Shown: one piece after another, positions 1 to 8,284 of the stretch
How positions within the stretch are numbered: position 1 is the first letter of the stretch
Layout: each line of letters begins with the position of its first letter
IMG/VR virus record: IMGVR_UViG_3300048583_000274
Span: 1-64,000 of that record
DNA length: 64,000 bases
Source: a virus
Reading direction: 5' to 3' (one strand)
Translations under genes and position numbers: made by a program
The notes under the pieces: generated by a model
Database searches by the model: none
The model's input: the letters and a program-made list of their open reading frames with translations, nothing else
Told to the model about the DNA's origin: nothing

Positions 1-37
1 AAAAAAAAAAAATAAAGTGAGGCTTTGGCTTCACTTT
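1..37 (-). terminator. Rho-independent terminator at the end of the leftward gene array
   Basis: Inverted repeat aaagtgagg (14-22) / cttcacttt (29-37) with one imperfect pair. On the minus strand it is followed by a 12-nt U-tract (poly-A 1-12 on plus). It sits 5 nt past the stop of ORF 42..356. Confidence 0.65.
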
Positions 38-41
38 ATTT

Positions 42-356
42 TTATGGGTAATAGTAATGTAGTTTATTTAAGAAATTAGGGTCTTCTTTTGTCAAGTACT
101 CTTGTAAAGGTAAATGTACAGCCATCTCAGGAGTTAGTATCATGTACTTTGCTAATCTAAAGCACTCCCTTAAATGAGCTTTAATTACTAATTCTAGTTC
201 TGCTTTAGTCTTAGCCACATATAAACTTTCAATAGGATAAGAGTACACCTTAACCTTATCTTCTAGGTCTAAATGCAGATAGATAGAGCTGTTGATAGAA
301 TAATAATCCCCTTCTCTTGTAATCTCATACTGTGGGAATATTACATATTCATTCAT
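42..356 (-). CDS. hypothetical protein
   Basis: 104-aa ORF, co-directional and 1 nt from the next ORF in the leftward array. No recognisable motif. Confidence 0.5.
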   Translation of the reverse strand: MNEYVIFPQYEITREGDYYSINSSIYLHLDLEDKVKVYSYPIESLYVAKTKAELELVIKAHLRECFRLAKYMILTPEMAVHLPLQEYLTKEDPNFLNKLHYYYP

Positions 357-357
357 G

Positions 358-561
358 TTATTTTTGTTGGCTTTTAATGTACTCTAAAACTGCTTTAATT
401 TTTTGTTCTTCATCTAAGTCATCATAAGTGAGAAGATTTTGAATATGGTTTAAATGAAGTCTAACAAATTCTTCAAAATACTCTGTAATTTGCAATGGAA
501 CTTGATACGAATAATTTATTCTATTCCACTTCTTTACTATAATTTCTGCTGTTGGTATCAT
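358..561 (-). CDS. hypothetical protein with LLTYDDLDEE C-terminal motif
   Basis: 67-aa ORF. Its C-terminus HIQNLLTYDDLDEEQKIKAVLEYI is paralogous to the C-terminus of ORF 23282..23602 (HLRNLLTYDDLDEEEKINAAVEYI). Confidence 0.55.
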   Translation of the reverse strand: MIPTAEIIVKKWNRINYSYQVPLQITEYFEEFVRLHLNHIQNLLTYDDLDEEQKIKAVLEYIKSQQK

Positions 562-563
562 AA

Positions 564-875
564 CTACTGTTTTTTAAATTGTTCAAACCATTGTTCTAAT
601 TGTATTCTTCCATTTCTTAAATCAAAATTTCTCAAAGCATCGTACACAAATCTTTTGACTTCTTCCTCACTATACATTCTTTCAGCTTGCCATTTAGCAC
701 CATTTATAAAACCTAGTATCTCCCTATATTTTGTTGTATTATTTAATCCAAATTCTTCTTCCAGTAAATAGTCATTTTGAGAGCATTTACTCATTTTAAA
801 AAACAATTCTTTAGGAAAAAGAAATTGCTTCAATGCCAAATTTTCAGCAGTTTCTTCAAGTGTTTTTTGTTTCAT
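564..875 (-). CDS. hypothetical protein
   Basis: 103-aa ORF packed tightly in the leftward array. Confidence 0.5.
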   Translation of the reverse strand: MKQKTLEETAENLALKQFLFPKELFFKMSKCSQNDYLLEEEFGLNNTTKYREILGFINGAKWQAERMYSEEEVKRFVYDALRNFDLRNGRIQLEQWFEQFKKQ

Positions 876-1473
876 AAATTTGTTTTTTTTTTAATACATC
901 CATAACTTTACTTGTAGCTAATGCTTGGTTAATTATACCTTGTTCATTAGCTGCCAATCCTATTGCTTGATATATTGAATCTTCAAGTGTTTCTTGTTTA
1001 GATTCTTCTTGTGGGATGATTTTGTATTCTAATTTATCTTTTGATATTGGCTCATTTGATTTTACAAAACCGTTCATTCCTAAATAGCCTCTTTCGACCT
1101 CAATAAACTCACAACTTGGATTCTTCACAAACCATTCTAAAAACTCATCATCAATAGTTTGTACACCATCTTTAATTAAGTCTTGGTCTGTTGTTAGGAT
1201 AATTTTTCTCCAAAACTTCATATCTTTATCAACTTCTTCTATTTTACCTGAATTGTAATATTCATTGTTTTTTAAATGAAAATAGTACTCATCTGTTCCA
1301 ATTTCTTCATTATTAGTAATGTAGATGTTTTGAAATTTCATTATCTCGCTTGGAAATTTAGTAGTTGTGGTTAAGAATAAATTATTATTAATAGTTTCTA
1401 AAACTAATCTACTTGATTTTTCTGTTGGTAATATATGTATATTTTTCATACTTAAAATCTTATTATATTCCAA
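856..1473 (-). CDS. hypothetical protein
   Basis: 205-aa ORF with short overlaps to both neighbours, typical of phage operons. Confidence 0.5.
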   Translation of the reverse strand: MEYNKILSMKNIHILPTEKSSRLVLETINNNLFLTTTTKFPSEIMKFQNIYITNNEEIGTDEYYFHLKNNEYYNSGKIEEVDKDMKFWRKIILTTDQDLIKDGVQTIDDEFLEWFVKNPSCEFIEVERGYLGMNGFVKSNEPISKDKLEYKIIPQEESKQETLEDSIYQAIGLAANEQGIINQALATSKVMDVLKKKQIYETKNT

Positions 1474-2216
1474 TTAATACCTACTCCTACAAATACTTGA
1501 GAAGTAAATCCAGAACCAATACCATAAGATAGAGTAGGCCCTACACCAAATCTTTTAGGAGTAGGAGGAGTTATTTGAAAAGTTCGCATACTTTCTACTT
1601 CACTATAAGGATTGTTTAACCTGACTTCTGCAAATGATTTTCTTTTACCTAGTCCTAAAAATCCTGTTTTTTCTTCTCCTAAAACAAAAGTTAAATCTTC
1701 TTTATATTTTACTGAGATTCCTATGCTGTCTTTATTGGCTACTACAGTTCCCCATACCCAATCATTAAAATTATAGTCAGCTTTGTAAGTTGGATTAGCA
1801 TCCGGGCAATTCTTGTCTACATAAATAGTGTCAGTTTTGAATGTATCAGCAACTTTTCCTTCAGTAGTTATGACAGTCACAGAACTTCCAGGAGTAAGTT
1901 TTTTTTTGTATCTCTTTACTTCTTCTTTAAGTCTAATAATTTCTGCTTCTGAGGTCTCTAATTGAGTAAAAGCTCCTATGTTATCAGCTTGAAGTATAGC
2001 TATTTTAGCATTACTAAGGCTATCTTTGTCTTTCCAAGTAATTAATTTAGCATTTGCAGCTTCATATAATGAAGTAGTCTGAGCCAATTGAGCTTGAGAG
2101 TCACAAGCTTTAAATGTTGCAAGAATGGCAATAACTGCAAGTATTACAAGAATAACATTTTTAATTTTACCTCTTAATTCTTGTAAGTGTTTTTTATCTT
2201 CTTCTGAAATGTTCAT
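1452..2216 (-). CDS. membrane-anchored protein, function unknown
   Basis: N-terminal TM helix (VILVILAVIAILATF), then a coiled-coil-like segment. The C-terminal tail is rich in Gly and aromatic residues, beta-like, and ends in F. Confidence 0.5.
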   Translation of the reverse strand: MNISEEDKKHLQELRGKIKNVILVILAVIAILATFKACDSQAQLAQTTSLYEAANAKLITWKDKDSLSNAKIAILQADNIGAFTQLETSEAEIIRLKEEVKRYKKKLTPGSSVTVITTEGKVADTFKTDTIYVDKNCPDANPTYKADYNFNDWVWGTVVANKDSIGISVKYKEDLTFVLGEEKTGFLGLGKRKSFAEVRLNNPYSEVESMRTFQITPPTPKRFGVGPTLSYGIGSGFTSQVFVGVGINWNIIRF

Positions 2217-2226
2217 AGGTAATAGG

Positions 2227-2253
2227 ATAAAAATGGGAGATTACTCTCCCATT
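2227..2253 (-). terminator. Rho-independent terminator
   Basis: Stem aatgggag (2232-2239) / ctcccatt (2246-2253). On the minus strand it is followed by UUUUUAUCC. It lies between the stop of the MazG gene and the next start. Confidence 0.5.
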
Positions 2254-2262
2254 GATTAATAA

Positions 2263-2853
2263 TTATTTTTCAAGTTCTTTTCTTTCAGCATCTAGATTTC
2301 TATTTAGAGCTGCTTCTGTAGTGAATTTTTCAGGATATCTTACTTGAAGCTTAGCAATGTTATTTGTCAAAGCTTGCCAGAAATCAATCTCTAAAAGTTC
2401 ACAAATAGCTACACAAATTCCAGCTAATGCTAGAAAGTTTCCTCTTTTAGCATCTGTTACTTGTTTGTTAGCTAAAATGAAAGCAAGAGTAGCAGTTTCT
2501 AAATCTGTCTCTCCTTCTACAATAGTTTGTTTGATTTTAAGAGTAGCACTTTCTCTTTGAGCTTCTATGGCTTTTAAGACTTGTGGGTCTCCTAAACCAG
2601 ATCCATCTACACTTCCAATAGTTTCAGCTCCTGCTATGTACCACATAGTATCAGCCAACTCTTCAGCTAAATGTACCTTATCTATTTCTTTGTTGTAAGC
2701 AACTTTCTTTTTAAGAATATCTACAACTTCTCCAAGAAATTCTCCGGTAGCTCCGGCTTCCATGTGAAGGATATTTTTTTGCAAACTACCTAAATCAGGT
2801 AATGTTCTTGCAGCTAAAAGTTGGTACTCCTGTAATGTTTCAATTTTTTTCAT
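2263..2853 (-). CDS. MazG-like nucleoside triphosphate pyrophosphohydrolase
   Basis: All-alpha MazG signature: EAGATGEFLGEVVDILKK ... LAEELADTMWYIAG (ExxE...EExxD acidic metal-binding pattern). Confidence 0.7.
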   Translation of the reverse strand: MKKIETLQEYQLLAARTLPDLGSLQKNILHMEAGATGEFLGEVVDILKKKVAYNKEIDKVHLAEELADTMWYIAGAETIGSVDGSGLGDPQVLKAIEAQRESATLKIKQTIVEGETDLETATLAFILANKQVTDAKRGNFLALAGICVAICELLEIDFWQALTNNIAKLQVRYPEKFTTEAALNRNLDAERKELEK

Positions 2854-3061
2854 TGTGTTTTTTGTTAAAATATCTTCTTAAAAAATAACCTCTCAAAAAA
2901 GAAGCTACAAAAAAGATAAAAGTTAAAGTTAAGTTCTGCTTAAAAGTAACAGGAATACCCATTATTGGATAAACTATAATTTGAATAAGAAGACTCACTA
3001 AAAGGCCTACTACTACATTAACAATTGACTCTATAGTAGATTGTTTCTTAGTTTGCCCCAT
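2840..3061 (-). CDS. small membrane protein
   Basis: 73 aa with two hydrophobic helices. Its ATG overlaps the TAA of the ligase-remnant frame (TAATG). Confidence 0.5.
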   Translation of the reverse strand: MGQTKKQSTIESIVNVVVGLLVSLLIQIIVYPIMGIPVTFKQNLTLTFIFFVASFLRGYFLRRYFNKKHNEKN

Positions 3062-3093
3062 TACTTGTCAAATCTAAAACCAACACACACAGA
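3061..3093 (-). pseudogene. remnant of a DNA ligase 3' end (SVCVGFRFDK-stop)
   Basis: The minus-strand frame reads tct gtg tgt gtt ggt ttt aga ttt gac aag taa. It duplicates the ligase C-terminus PVCVGFRID-stop (3906-3935), with 14/15 nt identical over gtN tgt gtt ggt ttt followed by synonymous divergence (aga vs cgc for Arg). Confidence 0.55.
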
Positions 3094-3094
3094 A

Positions 3095-3847
3095 TCATTC
3101 TTTCCACCAATTAAGTACTTCTTTTGAGTACTGTCTAAATTCTTCATATTTTTCAATGTATTTAATTAAAGTTTGACATTTTTCTTTTTTTTCTATTAAA
3201 AAAGGCTCTACACTTTTTAAAAAAGGTAGTATAGATGCTGTAGTATTTTGCCAAGAATAGGTTTGTACATGAGATTGATAGTCATATACTTTACAGGTGT
3301 GGGTTTGGCTTCCTTCAAACCTATTCATATAGTCAATTAAAGGTTTGTATCTTTGTTGTAATCCTATTGAGTATTTGTTGTAAAAAGAAACCCCTTTACC
3401 TGCATTAAACATACTTAACCAACCATCTCCATCAATAATACCTGCTAGATATTGAAAAGAAAGTTCTCCATTAATAGAGTGTTCAAAATTTGTTTTAGCT
3501 ATTAGATACTTTCTATAACAAATCTCTTTATCTTCTCCTTCAATTAAACCTTTAATAGTTTCAAGTTGTAATCTTTTTTCATTTAAAAAAGGGAGCATAT
3601 CAGGAATAAAAGAACTTTCTCTTAACTGCTTACCATTAAGTGTAGCATAGTAAGCTGTTTGTCTATTTATCCCTCTTTCAGAAATTTTAATTTCAAGATT
3701 ATATTGAGAGGCAAATAATTTAACTATTTTAAAACTACACATATAAAGCCTACATTCATAAGTATAAGAATAGTTATTGCCACTCATTGTTTTTCTTATT
3801 CTGATGTATCCTTCAGAGTCAAAAATTCCTGCTAAATATTGTATCAT
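3095..3847 (-). CDS. LAGLIDADG homing endonuclease (double-motif)
   Basis: Two LAGLIDADG motifs: YLAGIFDSEGYI near the N-terminus and YLAGIIDGDGWL at about residue 133. It is free-standing between the ligase gene and the ligase remnant. Confidence 0.85.
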   Translation of the reverse strand: MIQYLAGIFDSEGYIRIRKTMSGNNYSYTYECRLYMCSFKIVKLFASQYNLEIKISERGINRQTAYYATLNGKQLRESSFIPDMLPFLNEKRLQLETIKGLIEGEDKEICYRKYLIAKTNFEHSINGELSFQYLAGIIDGDGWLSMFNAGKGVSFYNKYSIGLQQRYKPLIDYMNRFEGSQTHTCKVYDYQSHVQTYSWQNTTASILPFLKSVEPFLIEKKEKCQTLIKYIEKYEEFRQYSKEVLNWWKE

Positions 3848-3905
3848 AGTTTTTAATTTGATACAAATATAGCAAGAATCTTTTAATTTACCAAACCTCC
3901 CTCTT

Positions 3906-4964
3906 TTAATCTATGCGAAAACCAACACATACTGGAAAGCGAGGTAAGCCTCCATCAGTGTACTCAAAGAATCTTACTTCAGCAGTTTGCCCAATAAAGT
4001 TTTCTTTGTCTCTAAGAATTACTTCTCTAGATTCATGACTGAATTTCATTCCACAATTAAATCTAGTTCCGGCTCTTACAGAATAGCAAACTACAACTCC
4101 TTGTTCAGGTCTACTTTCAGAAGGAATTACATCAACTATTTCATAAGTTTCATCAATGAAATCTTTGTATTTCAACAATTGAGAGCTTCTCTTATTTACA
4201 GCATACCCTTCTTCAGAGTGTCTAATCATGGTACCTTCATAACCTTGAGCAAGGTATTGTTGATGAACTTCAATAAGCTCAGCTTCATTATGAATTCTCT
4301 GAGTATGTACTAATTCAACATGATTTAAACCTTGGATTAAGTTTGCTACTGTCAAGTATCTTTCAGCAAAAGGAGCATCCATAACCATATCATAAACATG
4401 GTATTTTACTTTTTCAGTCTCTCCTGTTCTGTATTTTTTGATAAGTTTCATATTCTCTTGGAAGGATATTCCATGTGCATATAATTCTCCATCTAAAACA
4501 CAGCCATCAAGGTCTCCAAGATTAATATGATTAAGAGTATCTATAACCTTACCGGTTCTAGAAATAAGGTGTTCCTCAGTCCCTAATGACCTCATACCAT
4601 CTAGCTTAGGTTGTACATAACAAGGAAACTTAACTTTTTTAGCTTCTTTTTTGTAATCCTTAGCTAGCATAGGAAGTAAGAAATCTACTCCTCCTTTTTC
4701 CTGAGCTTCTTCAATAGTATAAAAATACCCTAATCTTCTCTTTTCATCAAGCTTAGCTCTTGCTTCTAACATAGCTTGATGTTCAGGAGTAGTAGCATTG
4801 CTTTTACCTACATTCTTGGCTTCACAAGCACTCCTATTGATTACAGGATTATTTGTACCTACTACACCTGACTCTTGGACTACAAAATTACCTTCATGTG
4901 AAATATGAAGATATCTGATTTTACCACTTGAGTCTTTTTTATAAATTCTTTGATCTATAATCAT
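3906..4964 (-). CDS. ATP-dependent DNA ligase
   Basis: Nucleotidyltransferase motif I PKLDGMRS (KxDG), plus LDGELY, EGTMIR and LLKYK motifs. The 352-aa size is typical of minimal phage/viral ligases. Confidence 0.85.
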   Translation of the reverse strand: MIIDQRIYKKDSSGKIRYLHISHEGNFVVQESGVVGTNNPVINRSACEAKNVGKSNATTPEHQAMLEARAKLDEKRRLGYFYTIEEAQEKGGVDFLLPMLAKDYKKEAKKVKFPCYVQPKLDGMRSLGTEEHLISRTGKVIDTLNHINLGDLDGCVLDGELYAHGISFQENMKLIKKYRTGETEKVKYHVYDMVMDAPFAERYLTVANLIQGLNHVELVHTQRIHNEAELIEVHQQYLAQGYEGTMIRHSEEGYAVNKRSSQLLKYKDFIDETYEIVDVIPSESRPEQGVVVCYSVRAGTRFNCGMKFSHESREVILRDKENFIGQTAEVRFFEYTDGGLPRFPVCVGFRID

Positions 4965-4994
4965 TTATTAACTTTTTAAATTTGTTTTTAATAA

Positions 4995-5345
4995 TTATTC
5001 TATAGAATGTTTTTTACAAGTAAAAATTGTCCCTAAGCTTCCATTTTCAAAAGCTTCTGTCCCTTCTTTTCCACAAAGATAACATCTATTTTCAGGCACT
5101 TTTAATCCTAGTTGTCTGCTAGTTTCATCAATAGAATTTAAGAGAACTAATCTAGCTTCCATGATATTATCCCAAAGTTTTATTTCAGTAGGAGTAAGGC
5201 TTCTTTTTTGAATAGGCTTAGGAAGTCCTACAAGCACAAATTTAAAATAAGCCCTATCTTTTTGAAGTTGTTGTTTCTCTGTCATAATTAATGAATATAA
5301 ATTGGTAAAGGTTCTTCTCCAATAGTTACAATCATCCATTGGCAA
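4995..5345 (-). CDS. hypothetical protein with CxxC...CxxH cluster
   Basis: The probable real start is the internal Met (MTEKQQ, ATG at 5285), directly after the upstream stop. The C-terminus carries CYLCGKEG...FTCKKH. Confidence 0.45.
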   Translation of the reverse strand: MPMDDCNYWRRTFTNLYSLIMTEKQQLQKDRAYFKFVLVGLPKPIQKRSLTPTEIKLWDNIMEARLVLLNSIDETSRQLGLKVPENRCYLCGKEGTEAFENGSLGTIFTCKKHSIE

Positions 5346-5488
5346 TTCTGCTCTTTAAAAGTAGTTCCTTGCTCTGAAAAATGTTCAGTTAAAAAGTGTT
5401 CTCCATTTTCCCAAACATTAGGGTCATAAGAAAAAATATGGACTTCTCCAACAGAGAAGTCCATAATTATAATTTTCTGCATTTTCAT
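5288..5488 (-). CDS. hypothetical protein
   Basis: 66-aa ORF; its start abuts the stop of the GroES-like ORF. Confidence 0.45.
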   Translation of the reverse strand: MKMQKIIIMDFSVGEVHIFSYDPNVWENGEHFLTEHFSEQGTTFKEQNCQWMIVTIGEEPLPIYIH

Positions 5489-5775
5489 TAGTCAAGACTA
5501 ATAATATCTGCATAGTGTACTACCACTAGAGCAGTTTTAAAATTTGCTTGATTAGGAGGAGTAGTTACTTTCAAAGCTAAGAAAGTTACATTCTGAGAAA
5601 AGACAGGAGTTTTTTCTACTTCTAATCCCCATTCTACAGGCACTGTAGGCCCTATTTGTTTAATCTTAAAAGAAGAAACATATCCTTCTTTTTCTTTATT
5701 TCCGGTCAAGATAATTTTACTATCTTTCTTAGTATCAGTCTGTTCTACTAATACAAATTCCCCTGTTACTTTCAT
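5488..5775 (-). CDS. GroES/gp31-like co-chaperonin (putative)
   Basis: 95 aa. FVLVEQTDTKKDSKIILTGNKEKE parallels GroES [25 protein letters not shown], and the C-terminus VVVHYADIISLD parallels LIMSESDILAIVE. Confidence 0.5.
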   Translation of the reverse strand: MKVTGEFVLVEQTDTKKDSKIILTGNKEKEGYVSSFKIKQIGPTVPVEWGLEVEKTPVFSQNVTFLALKVTTPPNQANFKTALVVVHYADIISLD

Positions 5776-5826
5776 ACTGAATATTTTTAAATTAATTTAT
5801 TTACAAAGATAAAGAATTATCTTTAA

Positions 5827-6666
5827 TTAGAAGATGTATCTCACTGTTTCTAAAGGAAAATATTGAACATAAAGATTTAGAAAATCCTTAATCAAATCAT
5901 TCTTGAAGTGAGATTTATACCTGATGTTATCTGCGGCATACTCAGAATTTTTAGCTTCTTGAATAAAAGGTTTCCAAAGTAATGAGTTTACTAAATCAGA
6001 GTTTCTTTCATGTTGAATATTATTGTAAGTAAGAAAAATACACTCTGATTTAAAAGTCAATCCTTTAAGTTGTTCAAATAAATCTCTGTAGTCTTGTAAC
6101 CAATGCTCATAATAAACAATAGGACTAAAATTGATATGAACTTCCATGTGTCTTTGTAAAACTCCTATCATCTGAATTCTAGAATAAATTAGATCAGTTT
6201 TAGGCTCTAAAATATCTGAAATTCTTTGAGGCATTAAAGAAATCCTGATTCTGTGTTTTTCAGGCTTCAGGTTGTATTTTCTAAAAGATAAAGGATATTT
6301 AGTAGCAAAAGTACTTTTAAGCTTAGGATGGTCATTAAAATAATCAAAAACTACTTGCCAATCATAATGTTTACCATGTAAAGGAACATCTGTACTACAA
6401 CCTATATCAATGCAATAGTAAGTATCATCAACTTGATTAGGAACTTTAGGCCAAGGTTGTTTTTCTACCCATTCAGAAATAGATTTTAGAATGTCAGAAG
6501 TATTTTCATTGATATAAAGTTTATCATGGTTATACCTTCCTACATAACAATAAGAATTCATACATCCTCCAAGACAACCATAAATAAAATTAGGAGCAAT
6601 GGCATCACTGCTCCTAGAATTATCTCTTGTTTTAAGGGTTTTAGTTTTTTGCTTCTTGATTTCCAT
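5827..6666 (-). CDS. SplB/COG1533-like (radical-SAM-like) protein, putative
   Basis: The N-terminal Cys cluster YGCLGGCMNSYCYVGR resembles GCxHGCxYCYAR of spore-photoproduct-lyase-like proteins. The spacing is Cx3Cx4C rather than Cx3Cx2C. Confidence 0.35.
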   Translation of the reverse strand: MEIKKQKTKTLKTRDNSRSSDAIAPNFIYGCLGGCMNSYCYVGRYNHDKLYINENTSDILKSISEWVEKQPWPKVPNQVDDTYYCIDIGCSTDVPLHGKHYDWQVVFDYFNDHPKLKSTFATKYPLSFRKYNLKPEKHRIRISLMPQRISDILEPKTDLIYSRIQMIGVLQRHMEVHINFSPIVYYEHWLQDYRDLFEQLKGLTFKSECIFLTYNNIQHERNSDLVNSLLWKPFIQEAKNSEYAADNIRYKSHFKNDLIKDFLNLYVQYFPLETVRYIF

Positions 6667-6706
6667 TTTTATAAATTTTAGCTTTTAAAGCTAAAAAAAT
6701 CTTAAA

Positions 6707-7804
6707 TTAAATAGTTTTTTCATTATCTATTAAATACCTATAAGGAATAAAACCTTTAAAATTATTACACCATCCTTTACTTTTTTTATTAATGTAAACT
6801 TTATCATCTAAAGTTTGACCTTTAATAAAAGTATAATATTCCTCATGATTCATAGTCCTAGCACAATGCTCTAAAGGACTTGAATGTAGAGGAGTTTGAG
6901 CAAGAAGTCTATCATGTAAACCAATCATAGCCTCATAATTAACAGCTTTTTCTTCTCCTACAACAGTGTAAGAAGTTCTAGCTGCCATAGCTACTGAAAC
7001 TTTAACTAAAGTCTCTTCTTCAAATTTAGTAATACTTCCTTCAGGAGGAATACTTAAAGTGTTGTAATAATCATGTAATAATCCTAGATCCATTTTACTT
7101 CTAAAAGGAATATGCCACTCTCCTGCTTCTAATTTCTTAGGAGTACTTTCATTGTAAGCATCCCATATACATTCAGCTAAGGCCATCATATGAATTTCAG
7201 CTTGACCTGAATTAACTTTTAGCCAATCTAAGTCAGACATTCTTGCCACATTATTAGCTTCTTCTTTACCTAGAATACTTTCTACATGCTTTATATAATC
7301 TATTTTACTCTTAAATGTAGAGGTTTCTACAGGACTAATTAATCCATAACTAGGGCATCTTAAATGAAAGAAATTATCCCAACCTGATTTAGGCCCTGTA
7401 ATTAACATTGTAGTCCACATAAAAGGTTCTAAGAGTCTATTACAAAGTTGCTTAGTAACATAAGTAGAACTATTCATTTGTCCTGCAATAGATAAAGCAT
7501 AGTCTCTAGCAATTAACCATTCTTGTTCTGCTTGTCTAGCAAAAGCTCCCTCTAAATATTTAGTTCCTTGCATACCTTTGTGGTCTTCTTGCCAAGCAAT
7601 AGGAATAAAAGGGTCATTCTGAATAGTTTCTACCATTTTATTGAATGGAATAGCTCTTGAACTAGAGGTGTTCTTAGAAAGCATCCTATGAGTATTTACT
7701 TCAGCAAGGATAATTCTAGGAAATGTAGCAAGGACTGAAATAAGTTCATCTCCTTGTTCATTTACAGAGTGTGCAACAATAGTTGCATTAATTTTTGTTT
7801 TCAT
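6707..7804 (-). CDS. thyX: ThyX-like flavin-dependent thymidylate synthase
   Basis: ThyX signature (R)HRxxSxxxxSxR is present as NTHRMLSKNTSSSRA. At 365 aa it is longer than minimal ThyX. Confidence 0.6.
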   Translation of the reverse strand: MKTKINATIVAHSVNEQGDELISVLATFPRIILAEVNTHRMLSKNTSSSRAIPFNKMVETIQNDPFIPIAWQEDHKGMQGTKYLEGAFARQAEQEWLIARDYALSIAGQMNSSTYVTKQLCNRLLEPFMWTTMLITGPKSGWDNFFHLRCPSYGLISPVETSTFKSKIDYIKHVESILGKEEANNVARMSDLDWLKVNSGQAEIHMMALAECIWDAYNESTPKKLEAGEWHIPFRSKMDLGLLHDYYNTLSIPPEGSITKFEEETLVKVSVAMAARTSYTVVGEEKAVNYEAMIGLHDRLLAQTPLHSSPLEHCARTMNHEEYYTFIKGQTLDDKVYINKKSKGWCNNFKGFIPYRYLIDNEKTI

Positions 7805-7806
7805 AT

Positions 7807-8070
7807 TTACTTAATATTTTCTAAGAGGTAAGCATTTAAAATTGATTTTTCATCAATATACCAATCATCTCCATACTCTTCCAATCTCATTTTTGCTTTT
7901 TCTGATGCTTCTTTTAATGCTTTTTCTACATGAAGTTTAGCAAATTCAATCATTGCTTCTAAAGCATCATATTTTGAAACCGTAGAACATTCTGAATCAT
8001 AGGTTTCTTTACCTGTTAATATTAATTTTGCTGTTGGTATTTTACTCATTTTCTTTAAAATTAGATTCAA
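7807..8070 (-). CDS. hypothetical protein
   Basis: 87-aa ORF in the array. Confidence 0.45.
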   Translation of the reverse strand: MNLILKKMSKIPTAKLILTGKETYDSECSTVSKYDALEAMIEFAKLHVEKALKEASEKAKMRLEEYGDDWYIDEKSILNAYLLENIK

Positions 8071-8281
8071 CTACTTGAAAACAACCTGTAATTTTGATGT
8101 CTTCATTTTCAAATTGATAAAACTCTCCAAAATCAGTATCATCTAATCCATTGTTTATAGCTACTCTATCTTGAACAGTAAGAGGATGTCCCGGAATTTG
8201 AATTTGTTTTTTAGAGTTTTTGTCATACTGATTGAAAAAAGCTTCAACAGTTAGATTTCCTATTTTTAATCTCTGTGTCAT
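8042..8281 (-). CDS. hypothetical protein
   Basis: 79-aa ORF in the array. Confidence 0.45.
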   Translation of the reverse strand: MTQRLKIGNLTVEAFFNQYDKNSKKQIQIPGHPLTVQDRVAINNGLDDTDFGEFYQFENEDIKITGCFQVVESNFKENE

Positions 8282-8284
8282 ACT

